DNA of 64,000 nucleotides from Chrysomallon squamiferum (Eukaryota > Animalia > Mollusca). The number at the start of each line of letters is the position of its first letter. Position 1 is the stretch's first letter. Position numbers and translations under genes: made by a program. Location of the stretch: contig CM022671.1 in NCBI GenBank assembly GCA_012295275.1, positions 12,462,001 through 12,526,000 on the forward strand, read 5' to 3'. The notes under the pieces are model-generated. The model worked only from the letters and a program-made list of their open reading frames with translations, made no database searches and was not told where the DNA came from. Below are positions 11,678 to 25,100 of this stretch, one piece after another.

Positions 11678-14442
11678 TGAACGTGCATATTTTTTGATTT
11701 CATTGTGGATATGTTTATAACATATTGTACAGGTTTTTCGACTCATATTAGTATAACTGGTTGTATATGTGCTTGATTTGTTGGACATGACAGGTAACTT
11801 ACCTCCTGCATAACTATAAGGTATATCCATGTCAGCCATATTCATGTACGCGATTTCTTTAACCGACCATCCTCTTCTTCTATTTGGATTAGTACTCTTG
11901 GGAAGTACAGGCTGAATTTGTCCAATACTGTAATCTAAAGGTCCTTTTGCGACACGGGATAAAACAAAAAGTAATTTTATAGATAACATTTCTTCTTCTT
12001 TTTCATCTTATTATTATCATTATCATCATCAACACCATCATCTTCCTCGAAATAATAATAATAATTATTTTTGAGGTTGTTGTTGTTTTTGTTATTATTA
12101 TGATCGTTGCTGGTGTTTTTAGAATACCAACAATATTATTATCGTTATTAATTCATTTATTTCTATGAACGACGCTAGCGCCTATCGGATATTATTAAAC
12201 AGAATTGCAATGTACAGTTAAAATATACACCTGAATAAGGTATATCCATATCAGCCATTTTCATGAAAGCTATGTCTTTAGCAGACCACCCCGAGTTTCC
12301 AAGTTGTTTGGACTGTCCTGTCTTAGGACTCATCAAATTCTGCTGAATTGACTGGGAGTCTAAAATTCAGTAAAAGTTACAGTAAGCAGTATTAATAAAC
12401 AAAGGAATATCTCAAGCATCTTTCACATCTGTTTAAATTATCTAGCTTATTACTTTTATACTGAAATTAAAACAATTTGTTCTGTTACGTTTACATTATT
12501 CCAGGTTTACACTGAAGAGGCTGAGTGACTGTTTGAGAAATAAGAAATTAGCACTTTGACATTTTCCAGCCCTCTTAACGATGGTTCTGACTATAGAATT
12601 ATTTTTGTTTGCTTCTTATAATTTACTGATTTGTTTTTAAACATTTAATTTGTTTCTGTATTTATTTACATATTTAAAAATCTAAAGTATTAAATATAAA
12701 AAATTAAAAAGGAAAATTATAATTAAATAAATAATTACAGTAGGTTGAATTAACCTACCTGTTTGAACTGTAGATTGTAGCCTGGTTTGTTGCCTGGTCG
12801 CTATGGATGGCACAACAGTATCTAGAAGTATTGATACTGGACTGTTTATCTGCTGTGGATAAATCGAAGTAATTGCTGATGCTGTAATGTCCAATGGAAG
12901 TGCAGGAGATGCATCAGCTGTTGATGTAAGGACTACATTTTTCTGAACATTAGACGGACTTACACTCTGACTTGTGTCGCTTGACTGAATACGTCTGATA
13001 CTTCCACTTGAGTCAACTAAAATAATAATATCTCCAGCTGCAGCTGATAGTCTTAAATTATTTATCCATCCACGTTCAGGATTTACATTAGCGGTATTTT
13101 GGGTCTGTGTCTGTGTCTGCGCTGTTCTGATGCCCGTTTCGGATGCTTTGTTTGGTACTAACTTATTAAAAATCTGATGCGAAGGATCAGGAACATTTTT
13201 CTGATTAGCAGCCGAAATTTTTATACCGTTTAGCGATAGTATGTTTTGTGCTGAATTTCTTTGTAGTTCTTTCGCATTATCTTGAATTTTACTAGGTGAT
13301 AAATGTATGACCTCTTGTACATCAAGAACAGATGACTTCTGATTTTTATATGATCGTTTTTCATTAATTAGTTCAGATAATCGAACAACAGATTGCTGTT
13401 GCTTTTCTGAAAGAGTAGTAATTTGTGGCAATATATGACTCTTTTCTGATAGCTTTATTTGTGAATCGGCTAGGCTGTAATTATCTTTGTTAGATGGAAT
13501 TCCTAAACTTGACATTTGTTTAGGTACATTCTGTCTGATGCCTGGAGAATTATTATTTTTCACTAAAACTTCATTATTTATGTTATTATTATTCGATGAT
13601 AACATTGGTAATTCATTAGACGCTCGGATTAAACTTAATCTTGGATATACAGATCCCGTGCTTGTTGCACGTGTATTCGACGGAATTAAATTATTATATA
13701 AAGTTGATGCTCTCTCAACTTGTTTTTGGAATCTCCTTACTGGTGAGTCTAGAAGAGACTTTTGTTTAGCTCTGTTATCAAAACCTTTTCCTCGATTCAC
13801 AGATTCAAAGTTCACAACATTATTATTTTTATCTGTAAATATGATAAAATCACCGCTTGCCGTTGAAACCTCGACAGTTTTGAACTGTCCATTTTGTTGA
13901 CTGACATCAGAACGAACATCAGTGTTACTGTGATGATTAATTCTGGTTCTTCTAACATCATTCTGTACAGAAGGCACCGGTGTGTCATTGATATTTGCTT
14001 GTTGAATATTTCGTATTTGATGCGTCTTCAACGATCGCCCATTTAAATTTGACAGCAAATCACTTTGTTGGTTCAGCGACACAGGGCCTGAATGTACACA
14101 GGAAAAGTGGATGAATTAAAAAACAATAAAAACAAAGCGATTATGCACTTGGATACGTAGTTTATGAGAATGTTATTAAAAAAAAAAAAAAAAAAAAAAG
14201 GAAAAAACTAAAACTAAAAAGAAAAAATATATATTTTCTTATGCAGCATAACAAATTAATAGAAATGTAAATAAAAATTATGATTATAATCATATCAATA
14301 CAACCAAAAAAACTTATTTTATTAACATAAGATAAAACTTTGAAAATGTACAAATAACTAAACAAAATAAAACAACAAAAAATATATATCTCAAAAATCA
14401 GCTTCTTCATAATTTCTTCTTTCTTTCTTCTTCTTATATTAA

Positions 14443-14526
<84 letters not shown>

Positions 14527-17173
14527 TGTTATAATTTTACATGAAAAAGAATTCAAGTCGTTCAACATTGACATCTGAGTGAAAATAAATAGTAGACACA
14601 AAATTGTTTATATACTGAATGCAATTGCATGTTTATGAATAAAAATGTGTTTTTAAATATTTTAATGTGAAATCTTACCTTGCTGGGTAGCATCTTGATA
14701 CTTCCTAGAAGTTATAGAATTTGTAATCTGGTTGACTGTGTTCAATAAAGCTGAAGAACTATTTCTTAGATGATACTTAGAGCTCACGTTGTTTACAATA
14801 AAGTTTTTTGGTATGGTCAAGCCGTGAGATCCAGAAACAGACGTTGATGATTCAGTGATTTGCATGTTAGGAATTACAAGATTGGAATTTCCTAGAACTG
14901 ATTGGCTGTCCTGTCGATTTGCAACAGTAACAATATCTGTACTAGGATTTTCCAACATCGACTCTCGATTAAAAGAACCATGACTGCTTTGTATTCTTAG
15001 ACTGTTAGGATTACTTTGTCTGTAAAAGACATTATTTGAAAGTGGCCTATTCAGTAATGTTTTAATTCTGACAGTCTGTTCTGCCTGATTTTCATTATTT
15101 GCCGGACTGACCTGCTGTTTAATACTATTCATTATGGAAGGGTTTTTGGACCAGTAATTTGGACGTAGAATTGACTCTAGCAGTTGATTTCTATTCATCA
15201 GTAACATGTTTCGAATTCTGTTGTTAATATGAACTGGATAATGGTTAGTTAATCTCAGATTATCATCGTTTAATATTGAAGGAATAGAAAGTCTATCATT
15301 TATTTGACCTTTCTGAAACGATGGCGAAACATATTTATTGAGCATGGTTAGAATACGACGAATATTTTGTACCTCAATATTAGGTTTATTTGCCGGCATT
15401 AAAGCGTTTTGAGCAACCTCATTTGCCATTGCTACTGGCTGGTTCAGTGAAGAAATCGGGTCCATGTTTGGTATGACAGCGTTGCGAAAGCCATTAATTT
15501 TAAACGTAGTTTGATTAATCAGTGACAAAATATCCAGAGCACCATTATTTGTAGGTAAAACAGATTTAAGTTTGTCGGGTGATGACAAAATTGAATTTAA
15601 CTGGGAAGATCTACGGTTTGTATTTAATGACGGTTGGTTATGCAGTAATGTTGCATTATAACGTGAATAGGCCGGATTTTGAACTTTATCATGCAGAGGC
15701 TGGTTTTCGTTTAAAACAGAAGAGGTTAGGAATATTTCTCCGTTGGTGTTTGATGAATGCTGGTTTGCAGGCAAGAAGGAATTAGTTATTAGAGATTGAA
15801 CGGTCGATTTCAAAATCCTGTTAATTAATGAAGGGTACAAGAATCTGTTGTTTTCATTTACTGTCTGTTGTTTGGGCATTTCTGAAATACTTTTGTCTTT
15901 CAATGAAGGGTTGGAAAACACTTTATTTATATTTATATTTAATGCAGGTTGGTTAGGATTTGTCTGAATATCATTACTAATAGCAGAGAGAAATCCATTA
16001 CTTGTTGGTCGACCAAAACTATTTTTCTTAACAGTAGAATGGATTTGAAATTTACTTTTAGTATGTTGGTTAGAGGATGTCTGCATGTTTTTATTTGCTC
16101 GTAAAGGCTTAGTAAGTTCTTTAGCTCGATTCAATTTGCCCTGATCTGATAATGTTAATTTATTTGTGTTCTTTTTGGTAAATTGATGATCTTTACTTGA
16201 TGCAGACTCTTTCAGAAAATTCAACACTTTACTTGGTAAAGAAATATTAACAGTTAAGTTAGGTATTTTCGTGACTGGCTGCTTAGGTAAGTCCAGAATT
16301 TTATTATTGAGTTCAGAATGATTTTGTAATTCGTTGGTATTATTTAATGCATTCTGATAAGCAGTTATCATGATTTTATTACTTGATACAGAAGTTTCAG
16401 TGTTTGGAATTTCCTTATTTATGGCCAGCATATGCTGCTGGGACGTTGCCAAACGGTCATCATTTAACTGTGCAGTTAAATTATTCTTACTGTTGACTCT
16501 TGATACAACGTTGTTTCGTAATCCATACAAAACCCATGGAATTCCATTTGGATAATAATATAAAGCAGCAGGCCGAGTTTCAAAGTGTGATACTTTTTGG
16601 ACTATGGGAATGACTGGTCTAATTAAATTATGCGGAAGACTTCTGTAGACCGCATTGTTAACATTATTTCCACTCTTTTTTCTCTGGGAATTGTCATTAA
16701 TGGTTGTCAATCGTTTCGTATCCTGGATATATAAGTGAAAATGACTTGATGGATACCCATTTCTCAAATTTGAAGGCATCGTAGCAAATCTGAGGTTCGT
16801 AATCACAAACTGACCTTGGTTTAGATTGGAGAGTTTCATCTGATTCAAAGCTGTTCTCTGCAGATACTGCTGTAGGACAGAGTAGAGGTGTTGGTGTTGA
16901 ATGATGTAATTGAGGAAATATCTTGATTGAGTTTCTACTGGAGTATTAGGATAAGCCGCTGTTAAAATATATTTTTATATTTTCAGTAACATGAAGCAAT
17001 GTGCACTGAATAATAATTGAGTAAATTTGTTCAAATTGACAAGAAAGAAATTATTTTCCTTTCTTTTAAACAGATGCAGCTTTTGCGATCATAAATATAA
17101 CAGAGAAACACACAAAATAATAGCGAGATAGATGAACAGGTACAGAGAGAGAGAGAGAGAGAGAGAGAGACGT

Positions 17174-17260
<87 letters not shown>

Positions 17261-17645
17261 GTGATTAATATTCTACATTACCTAGAAGCTTATTTTGTAG
17301 ATCTGCTCCAAAAAGTGATGTAAGATGAAAAGGTATCAGAAATCGCAGTCTTGTTGAGCCAAGGAGAATTTCCATCATGGCAACAACTGGCGGACGTGAA
17401 TTTGGCAGAAAGGAGACAATAAAAGAGTGAGGAGGAGCCAACGCAATGTTTGAGGCATCTGGAATAGCAACTGGTTTGATAATGATTGTCTTCCACTGTG
17501 GCATGGAATATACACTTCCTCTTGATGGAAATGGAAGTCGCTGGAAAATAATACGAGGCCATGGTGGAAATTTGTAAACAGTCGCTGAAATCTCGACTGA
17601 TAGCAGAAGTAGAAGCAGCGGCGAAATCGTTGGCATGAACGCCAT
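11289..17645 (-). CDS. Large secreted, cysteine-free Asn/Ser/Gln-rich low-complexity protein (about 1417 aa)
   Basis: Coding exons (minus): 17645-17282, 16958-14679 (2280 nt), 14087-12759 (1329), 12359-12231 (129), 11934-11803 (132), 11308-11289 (stop TAA). All introns are GT-AG and phase 1; total 4254 nt. N-terminus MAFMPTISPLLLLLLSVEISA is signal-peptide-like. Joins ORF-track entries 17265-17717, 14662-16848, 12682-14082 and 11480-11989. Ends ...MADMDIPYSYAGGMPIID*. AATAAA at 11227-11222. Confidence 0.85.
11592..11675. repeat. (GA)n microsatellite, intronic
   Basis: Pure dinucleotide run. Confidence 0.95.
14443..14525. repeat. (ATT)n microsatellite, intronic
   Basis: Trinucleotide run. 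Confidence 0.95.
17143..17259. repeat. (GA)n microsatellite, intronic, with small interruptions
   Basis: Dinucleotide run. Confidence 0.95.
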
Positions 17646-18569
17646 TATGAAACTAGACAGAGAGAGAAAGAAAGAAAGAAAAAAAAATATTTTGTAAAAT
17701 ATAGATATATAAAACAACTAAGTCTAAATCCTCTATATGGATATAAATCATTATAACATTATCATCTGTACATGAAATTCGGATTTATTTTTATGTCGAA
17801 AATTCGTTAAAACTATTTAGGAATAAACGGAAAATTAATTACTATTATATATACTGTATACAAGCTTATAAGGGTTTAGTAAAATAATTTAAAAAATACC
17901 AAAAAAACCAACGACTTTTTATGAATAAACAATTTAGTGGACTAAACAATAAATGCTAAATAATATTATTATTACAATCAAATGAGATAATTGTAAGGCA
18001 GAAGGGCATATACACAGTATTTGTTTTTTCCACTGGGAATAAAGACGAATACATTCTTTCCATTTCCAACCCTTGAGATGACCATATGAAAAGCATTTAT
18101 AAAGATTTACAAATTTTTCTTTTTTCAGGACATAAATAAAATATTAAATTAACATAAATTATGCAAACTCGCGAATCTGATTAATCAAAGATTTTAGAGG
18201 ACCGTGTTCGAGATTACGGAAACTGCCGACATAGTGGCCATTATATCCACCGTTGTTTAAGACTCTTTTATCAGAATTTTGTTGAAAATACAAAAAGACA
18301 AAAAAACAACAACAACAACAACAACAAAAAAACACACGCACACATGTACAAACTAGCAAGTTATTATTTTCGTCTCTCTGAAATAGAATAAAATAATGAT
18401 AAAAAATTCTACTTAATATCCAGTAAAACAAATACGTAGAAAGCCTAATTTTCTTCTTCGAATAATACTGACATTCTTTATATGTAATTTACATAACAAT
18501 ACAGCTACATCTACAGAAAAAAACGAATAACAAGTAAAAACGTTGTAAAACAGACGTTAGCATACCTAC

Positions 18570-18713
18570 CACAATCTTGTTCGCCAGTCGACAGACTATA
18601 TGTCAGCGTTACACATGATCTTTTCTTTTTTCTTTTCTAAATCGTAAAAAATAAAGTTAAAGTGACAGGTAATGAACTAAAAAAGGTAAGCCTTTCGGCA
18701 CAGGTATATATAT
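18570..18713 (-). promoter_or_regulatory. Putative TATA-like element and non-coding exon 1 of the large secreted-protein gene
   Basis: TATATATA near 18712-18705 (minus); TTAGTT Inr-like motif near 18680; GTG|GTAGGT donor at 18569; next acceptor TCTAG| at 17655-17653 just before the ATG at 17645. Confidence 0.45.
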
Positions 18714-19176
18714 TATTATGAGATGTACACATAGATGATATTGTTTCTAAAATAATTTTTAATGGATCATGTCTATGACCCGCAGCAAATTATCTATCCG
18801 TGAATGTCCACGCAGTATTTTAAAAATATTTTTATTTTATTTTTATTTTTATTTTTATTTTTTTTTAAAAAGAAGATTTAAGAAATTAATAGTTTTGAAT
18901 TTTGTAATAAAAAAATTATGAAATTATAAAATTATACTAAAAAAAAAAGAAAAAAATTAAATCAAAATATGTATGTATGTGTACACACACACACACACAC
19001 ACACACTAGTAATAAAGCAAAAATTACTGAGTGAAAGTAACAAGCAAGATTATCGGTTGTTGTCATTGAACGACACTCAGCGAATTGCGTCCCTTTAAAT
19101 TAACTCTTCATAATAAGTTATGATAAAAACATTTCCAGACCGTATTGAATAAAAATGTTCTGATACATTTCAGCAA

Positions 19177-22100
19177 ATGCTAATTTCTCTAGTTGTATTA
19201 CGGCTTGAAATTGCCGATAGTTGTCAAGTACCAACAGTCTTCAAACCATATTCAGGTTATAAATTAAAAATCAGGAAACTAATCGTTAGCAGACGCATTA
19301 TTCATTTATTGTTATTTCTTAAATTAAGGAAGTATTGACATTGAAATTGAAATAGTCTCAATTAAGTCTTTTATTTCTATATTAGTAATTAGTCATTACA
19401 TATGACTATGTGATTATTATTTATTTATGCCATAAACAGCTATGAGTAAAACCATAAAATGTTAAAGAAATGAATTAACTATGTAACCTTGGAATGAAAA
19501 TTGTATAATAATTAAGAAAACTATGATTATGATAATAACTGCTTATAACATTATTATAATGTTGTGTGCTTTGTAAATTGTATATTTTGAAAAGCAAAAC
19601 ATTAAGATATTAAGAATTTATATCTCTAATTTAAGTAATTAATGGTCTTATTATTATTTCTTATTTCAATATATATTATATTAATTAAAAAAAAATAGTT
19701 TTACCATGGCGTATGTTATAAATATATACAAAAAAACATACTAGCATAATTTGCCACCATTTAATTGCATAATCTTGAGTTATACATCTGTGTACATGCA
19801 TAAAAAATACATATAACAAAAATGTGTTAACAAATTTTCAGCTCCTCTGTATAAACAATTATCAAGTGACTTGAAGGACCCAGCAAATGTTCAACACAAA
19901 CTGAGCTATGCTGGGATTGTGAGGGAGTCTAGTCGATGTAAAACTGAGGACTTCCACAGACAGATTCGTGAATCAGCAGGATTAAGAGAATATTATAGCA
20001 TTACTTTGGAAACATACTTTCCTCCAGGTATTTATTCTAATATTAATAATCTTCTTCATTTTTTTTTTTTTTTTTCATTTTTATGTTGTATTTATGTCTG
20101 TTTCTGAAATTATTTAGCACTTTACTTCCCACATACGAAATAATAATTATGTGATAATCATTATTATGATAACAGTGATAATAACTCAATAATTAAAAAG
20201 CATTTCTAATTCTTTAACAAATATGGTTCCATGGTGTGTTGTTTAGAGACACCTGATCACCAAAATCAAAATAACATCAAACAAGTCAAAATCTTATTAC
20301 TTGTCACACACCTACCTGTATTTTATTATGTATCAAAATGCAAATAACTAATGTTTGTAAGAGACTGGGAATTTATTTTTTATTCACTATTTTCTACTAG
20401 TTCCTATTAGGATATGCACAACTAAACCTATATAATAGCGACTTCCCTAGTCTGTCGAATAGTCTGAAAGTATTTGGAAAACTAAGTTATTTTTCAACTT
20501 TTAGTTTGTGCCAGCATCCAATGAATTGTGTACCTGTAATGCTGTTATGGTAAACATGTTATTGGTCACAATTGTCAGTTTGGCCATAAAAGCACTTTAT
20601 TCATTCCAGGACTGAGCCTTGATAAAACATTCCAGATGATTGATTGGGTGTGTCCCTTGATAAAATAATAATAATAATTTAATCACAACAATTTTAAAGA
20701 AATTAAAACAATCTGTTTCCTTTTTTTATGTTTATATTACAGTTTTTATGATATGGTTACATGTTTTTAAAGTGTAAATTAACAAAATATGGTCAGAGGT
20801 CATTCAGAAGTTGTACATACAAGTCAAAGTGTTGTGCTATTAGTGGCCTTATTGGCAGTCAGAAAAAATTCCAAGTGCATACGCTGTGGTTAATATATAT
20901 ATATATATTTTTTTTTTTTATTACTAAATATTATATTGTTAAGAATACATAACTTGATACACATACACATTTTTTCCAGACAAAAATGAAACAGAAATGA
21001 GCAGTGTTGATCCAGTAACCATCACCAGTGAAGTTAAAGTTGACACACCTGAATCTGATGAAAAGTCCATTTCTAAACTTAGCTTGAATGAAACAGAAAA
21101 TGAAGTCAAAGTCAAATGCTCTAGACAGAGTGAATGTATTCCAGGAACATCTCACAGGAGTTCACCTGAGTCAGACAAAGTGTCCCGATCAGTGCCATCA
21201 AAAGAATCATCTTTAAGTCACGATGACTCTAAAGGTGAGCGACGAACTGCAGTCACTACACTTCCCAAGAGTCACAGTCCAACAGGGAGATTGTCATCAT
21301 CAATACCCTTTTTCTCAGGAAATCCATGTGTGGAACGAACCAAGGGTATTCTTCATGTGTACAAGGATGGGTATGGTCTACTTTTGTATTATAATAAACA
21401 GTTCTGATGATGCACTGTAATGCTGCTGATGCTGATGATATTTTTCGCTTCTCTAAATCATTTATCAAGTACATTTTAAAGATTTTTTTCCGAGTTAAGA
21501 AATATTTTGGAACACAGAGAAGTTTTTTTGATGCTATTTAAGATGTTACTAGTTGAAAGAAAATGATCATTTATACAACATGTATTATCCATTTGTGTGT
21601 ATAGTTAAAGTTGATATTTTTATATTTTTGCTAGACTTCAACGATTTGTTTAAATAGAAATAAGATATGTTTAAATGCTCTAATTCTGATTTAATGTTTC
21701 AGAGAGAGAAAGTCACTTGATGCAGGAGTAGCTCGTAGTGAGATGATCTGTATGCTGGGTGTACCAGCCTCCTACATGATTCATGATCTTCTCAAATTTG
21801 TTGCTCCAATGAGGTAAAGTTGTTAGACATTGAATTAACAACAGTCATGATATCTGTATGAATAGGAAATTAGCTCAGTGATTAGAAATGACAATTTTAC
21901 TTTATCACAGATAATATATATGTGTAACATAAAGTTGTGAAAGGAAATATCCTAGCTGTTACAATTTGTTTCTCAGTGTAACATCTGTATCTGTGTCAGA
22001 CATTTTTTGTTCTTGGTTCATATTACTTTATATATGTTTTAATATTAACATAATTTGACTACTAACTGTGGCTGTTGTAATTAATTGTACTGTTTTGATA

Positions 22101-25100
22101 TTTGTAGGAATGAGAACAGTTCCACAATTGAATATATGAGGATAATACGCAATGCAACACCCAATCAGTACATGGTTTTACTAAAATTTCGTGATCAGGT
22201 ATGGCTATTGTTTAAGTAATTTTGATAACGTTACAAATTGTGAATTAACCAGACTAATTTAAGAGACACATAATTGTTATTTTTTATCACATATTTTTAG
22301 TTTTCAGCTGATCAGTTCTATGAAACATACAACAATGAACCATACAACTCAATAGAAAGTGACATCTGTCATCTTGTGTATGTAGCTAGAGTGGAAATCA
22401 TGAAGGAATCTGAGGTAATATTGTCTCCAATAATTGCACAGAAAATATATTTTGAATAGAAGAAAATACTTTGTGTTTTATATCAAAATACATTTCTATA
22501 AAACAAATTTTTATTTTTATTATATGTGAGTGTGTATGGTGTATAATACATATATGTCTATCCATGTGTCTGTTTACAGAGAAAAGCTGATTACTTCTTT
22601 TTTTTTTAATGAAAACTGTTTTCAAAATGGTCTTTTAAGATCTAAACTAGCAATTACACATTGAACAATATGTACATGTAAATAAAAAGTAATTTATCAA
22701 AGTAAAAACTGTTATATTCCATAAACTATATTTCTGGTAAATTAAAATCTGAAAATAAATGTTTTAATTTCAAGATAAAAGAATCTTTAGATACACATAA
22801 TTTCTTTGACTGTACATGACATGATGCTTGTATCAGAAGAGTATTTTTATGATTACTATACTCAAAGAATTAACCTGACATTCTGTATACATGATACTGC
22901 CATTACACAAATCGTGGTGCAAAACACGTCATCACAAAACAATACATGAAACCATCATGGAATGTAGCTTTGGTCCAACAATTTGTTTTTCATGTCAGAT
23001 GTATTTCATCTACAAAATGAGTAGTACTGACTTTATAAACACAAACAAATATTCAATTATCACCAGATTTTGACAGGATGCCTGTATTATATATAATGTA
23101 TTCTACATAATTTTAGTGTTTTAATTGTGAATGTATATAAAAGATATTTTAGAGAGAAAAAAAAATATATATATAGATAAAAGAAAAACAATAATGAATT
23201 CTTAAATGATCAAATTTAATATAAATTTAACTTATACAATGGCTTAATTTTTATTACACTTGCAAAAAACAAAAACTAAAAATCAAACAAAACATATATA
23301 TATATATATAAAATAATTTTAAAATGTTCAACATTATTTTTATTAGAGCTTTAATATTATAGAAGATAATCATTAACATGTTGTGGAAACTTCTCTTCAA
23401 AATAATTTAAAGTATTCAAAATTATATTGTCAAAAATAGTATTAAAAACAATAAATACTTAAAAACATTATTATATTTTTGTTAATAATGTTTTAAAATT
23501 ACACAGTAGTTTTAGAAAGGTTCTTCTGAGCAGTCTTGTTCACTAAGAACAGGGAGACTTGGCTGCTTCATTATATCTGGGCAATAGCAGCAGATAAAAT
23601 GGTCAATACTATGATAAATGATAATTATTAACACTTTTCATATGCTGGTTTTGAGGTTTAAAACACCACAGTATATAGGCATGATATCCCAGAGTTGTTT
23701 CATTTTTTGTGTTCATTAATTTGTGCTTCATTTCTAATACTGTCTCTTTCATATTGGTGTTGTTGTTTTTTATTAATATTGCATTGTTGGGAATATGGAA
23801 TACAGCTTACCCTTGTACCATATTTTCTGATAAAAAAATGAAAAAGAAAACGAAGAAAATTGTATATTCTAAACATTTTGTATACATTTCTGTTTCAGGG
23901 TGCCATGTTACCTATTCCTGGTTTGACTGAATTGCCAAACTGTCCAGTTTGTTTAGAAAGGATGGTTAGAAATTTTATTTACAGATTTACATTACTGCTC
24001 AAATAAAAATTTTAAAACCACATAGAAGTATTCACAAGACAAATGCATTTATTATCTGAAGAGCAGTTATACATTGGAAAATAAAACAATTTACTTTGGA
24101 CTTTATTAAGATAATCCTGTAGTTATTGTTTTTAAATATTCAAATTATATTTATGAATAATTAATATTTAATATTTTATTTATTTAAAAATGACTGCATG
24201 TTTATTTTAAATGGAAAGGAAGTTTTATTTTCAAGGATAAAGAATAATCTTAAAACTGATGAAAGTAGACTAATAATGTAAAAAACTACTAATATGTATT
24301 TCAGGATGAATCTGTGGATGGAATTTTGACTGTGTTATGTAATCATGCTTTCCATACATCTTGTATTGCTCAGTGGGGTGACACTAGGTATTGTATTTTT
24401 TTTTCAAATCATTAGTTGCTTTGTATCACTCTGACATAAAAAATTAAACTACAAAACATAACACAAATTCACATTGACATTAAACAACAAAAGTTTATTG
24501 CAAATACTCATTGATTACAGTATTAGTAATCTAAAGTTACATGAACAGTTATGTATAGAGAAAATATACAGAGAAAAATCTTAATTTTATTGTTATTTTC
24601 TTCCAGTTGTCCAGTTTGTCGCTACTGTCAGACACCTGAAGAAGTAGCTGACAACCGCTGTATGAAATGTGGGTCTCACGAGGTACTTTTTTCATTTAAT
24701 CCTTTGGACCATTTCTGAACAAACACAAAACTAGGAGACAGCATATACAACAGCTGCCATGTGTATGTGCAACACTGATTGATTTTAAAACTGGGACATG
24801 ATATCAAAAATTTAAAAAGCATTGCATTTATTCATTTTTAAATGTATTTTTATTTCAAAAGAGTTGATTAAATTTTCAGTTTCCATTTACCCAAATTTGT
24901 AAGGATTTATAAAAGAAAATATGTATTTCTGATGTACATTTCTTTTCATAAATGTGTAACAATATTTTTAAAAGCAGAGAGGAAAATTACAATGGCAGAC
25001 TTTATGTAAAATGATGTTGACTTGTTTCTCATAGACCATTTTCAAAACTTAATATATTAATACTTTTTTTTTTTAATTTTCAGAGTCTTTGGATCTGTTT

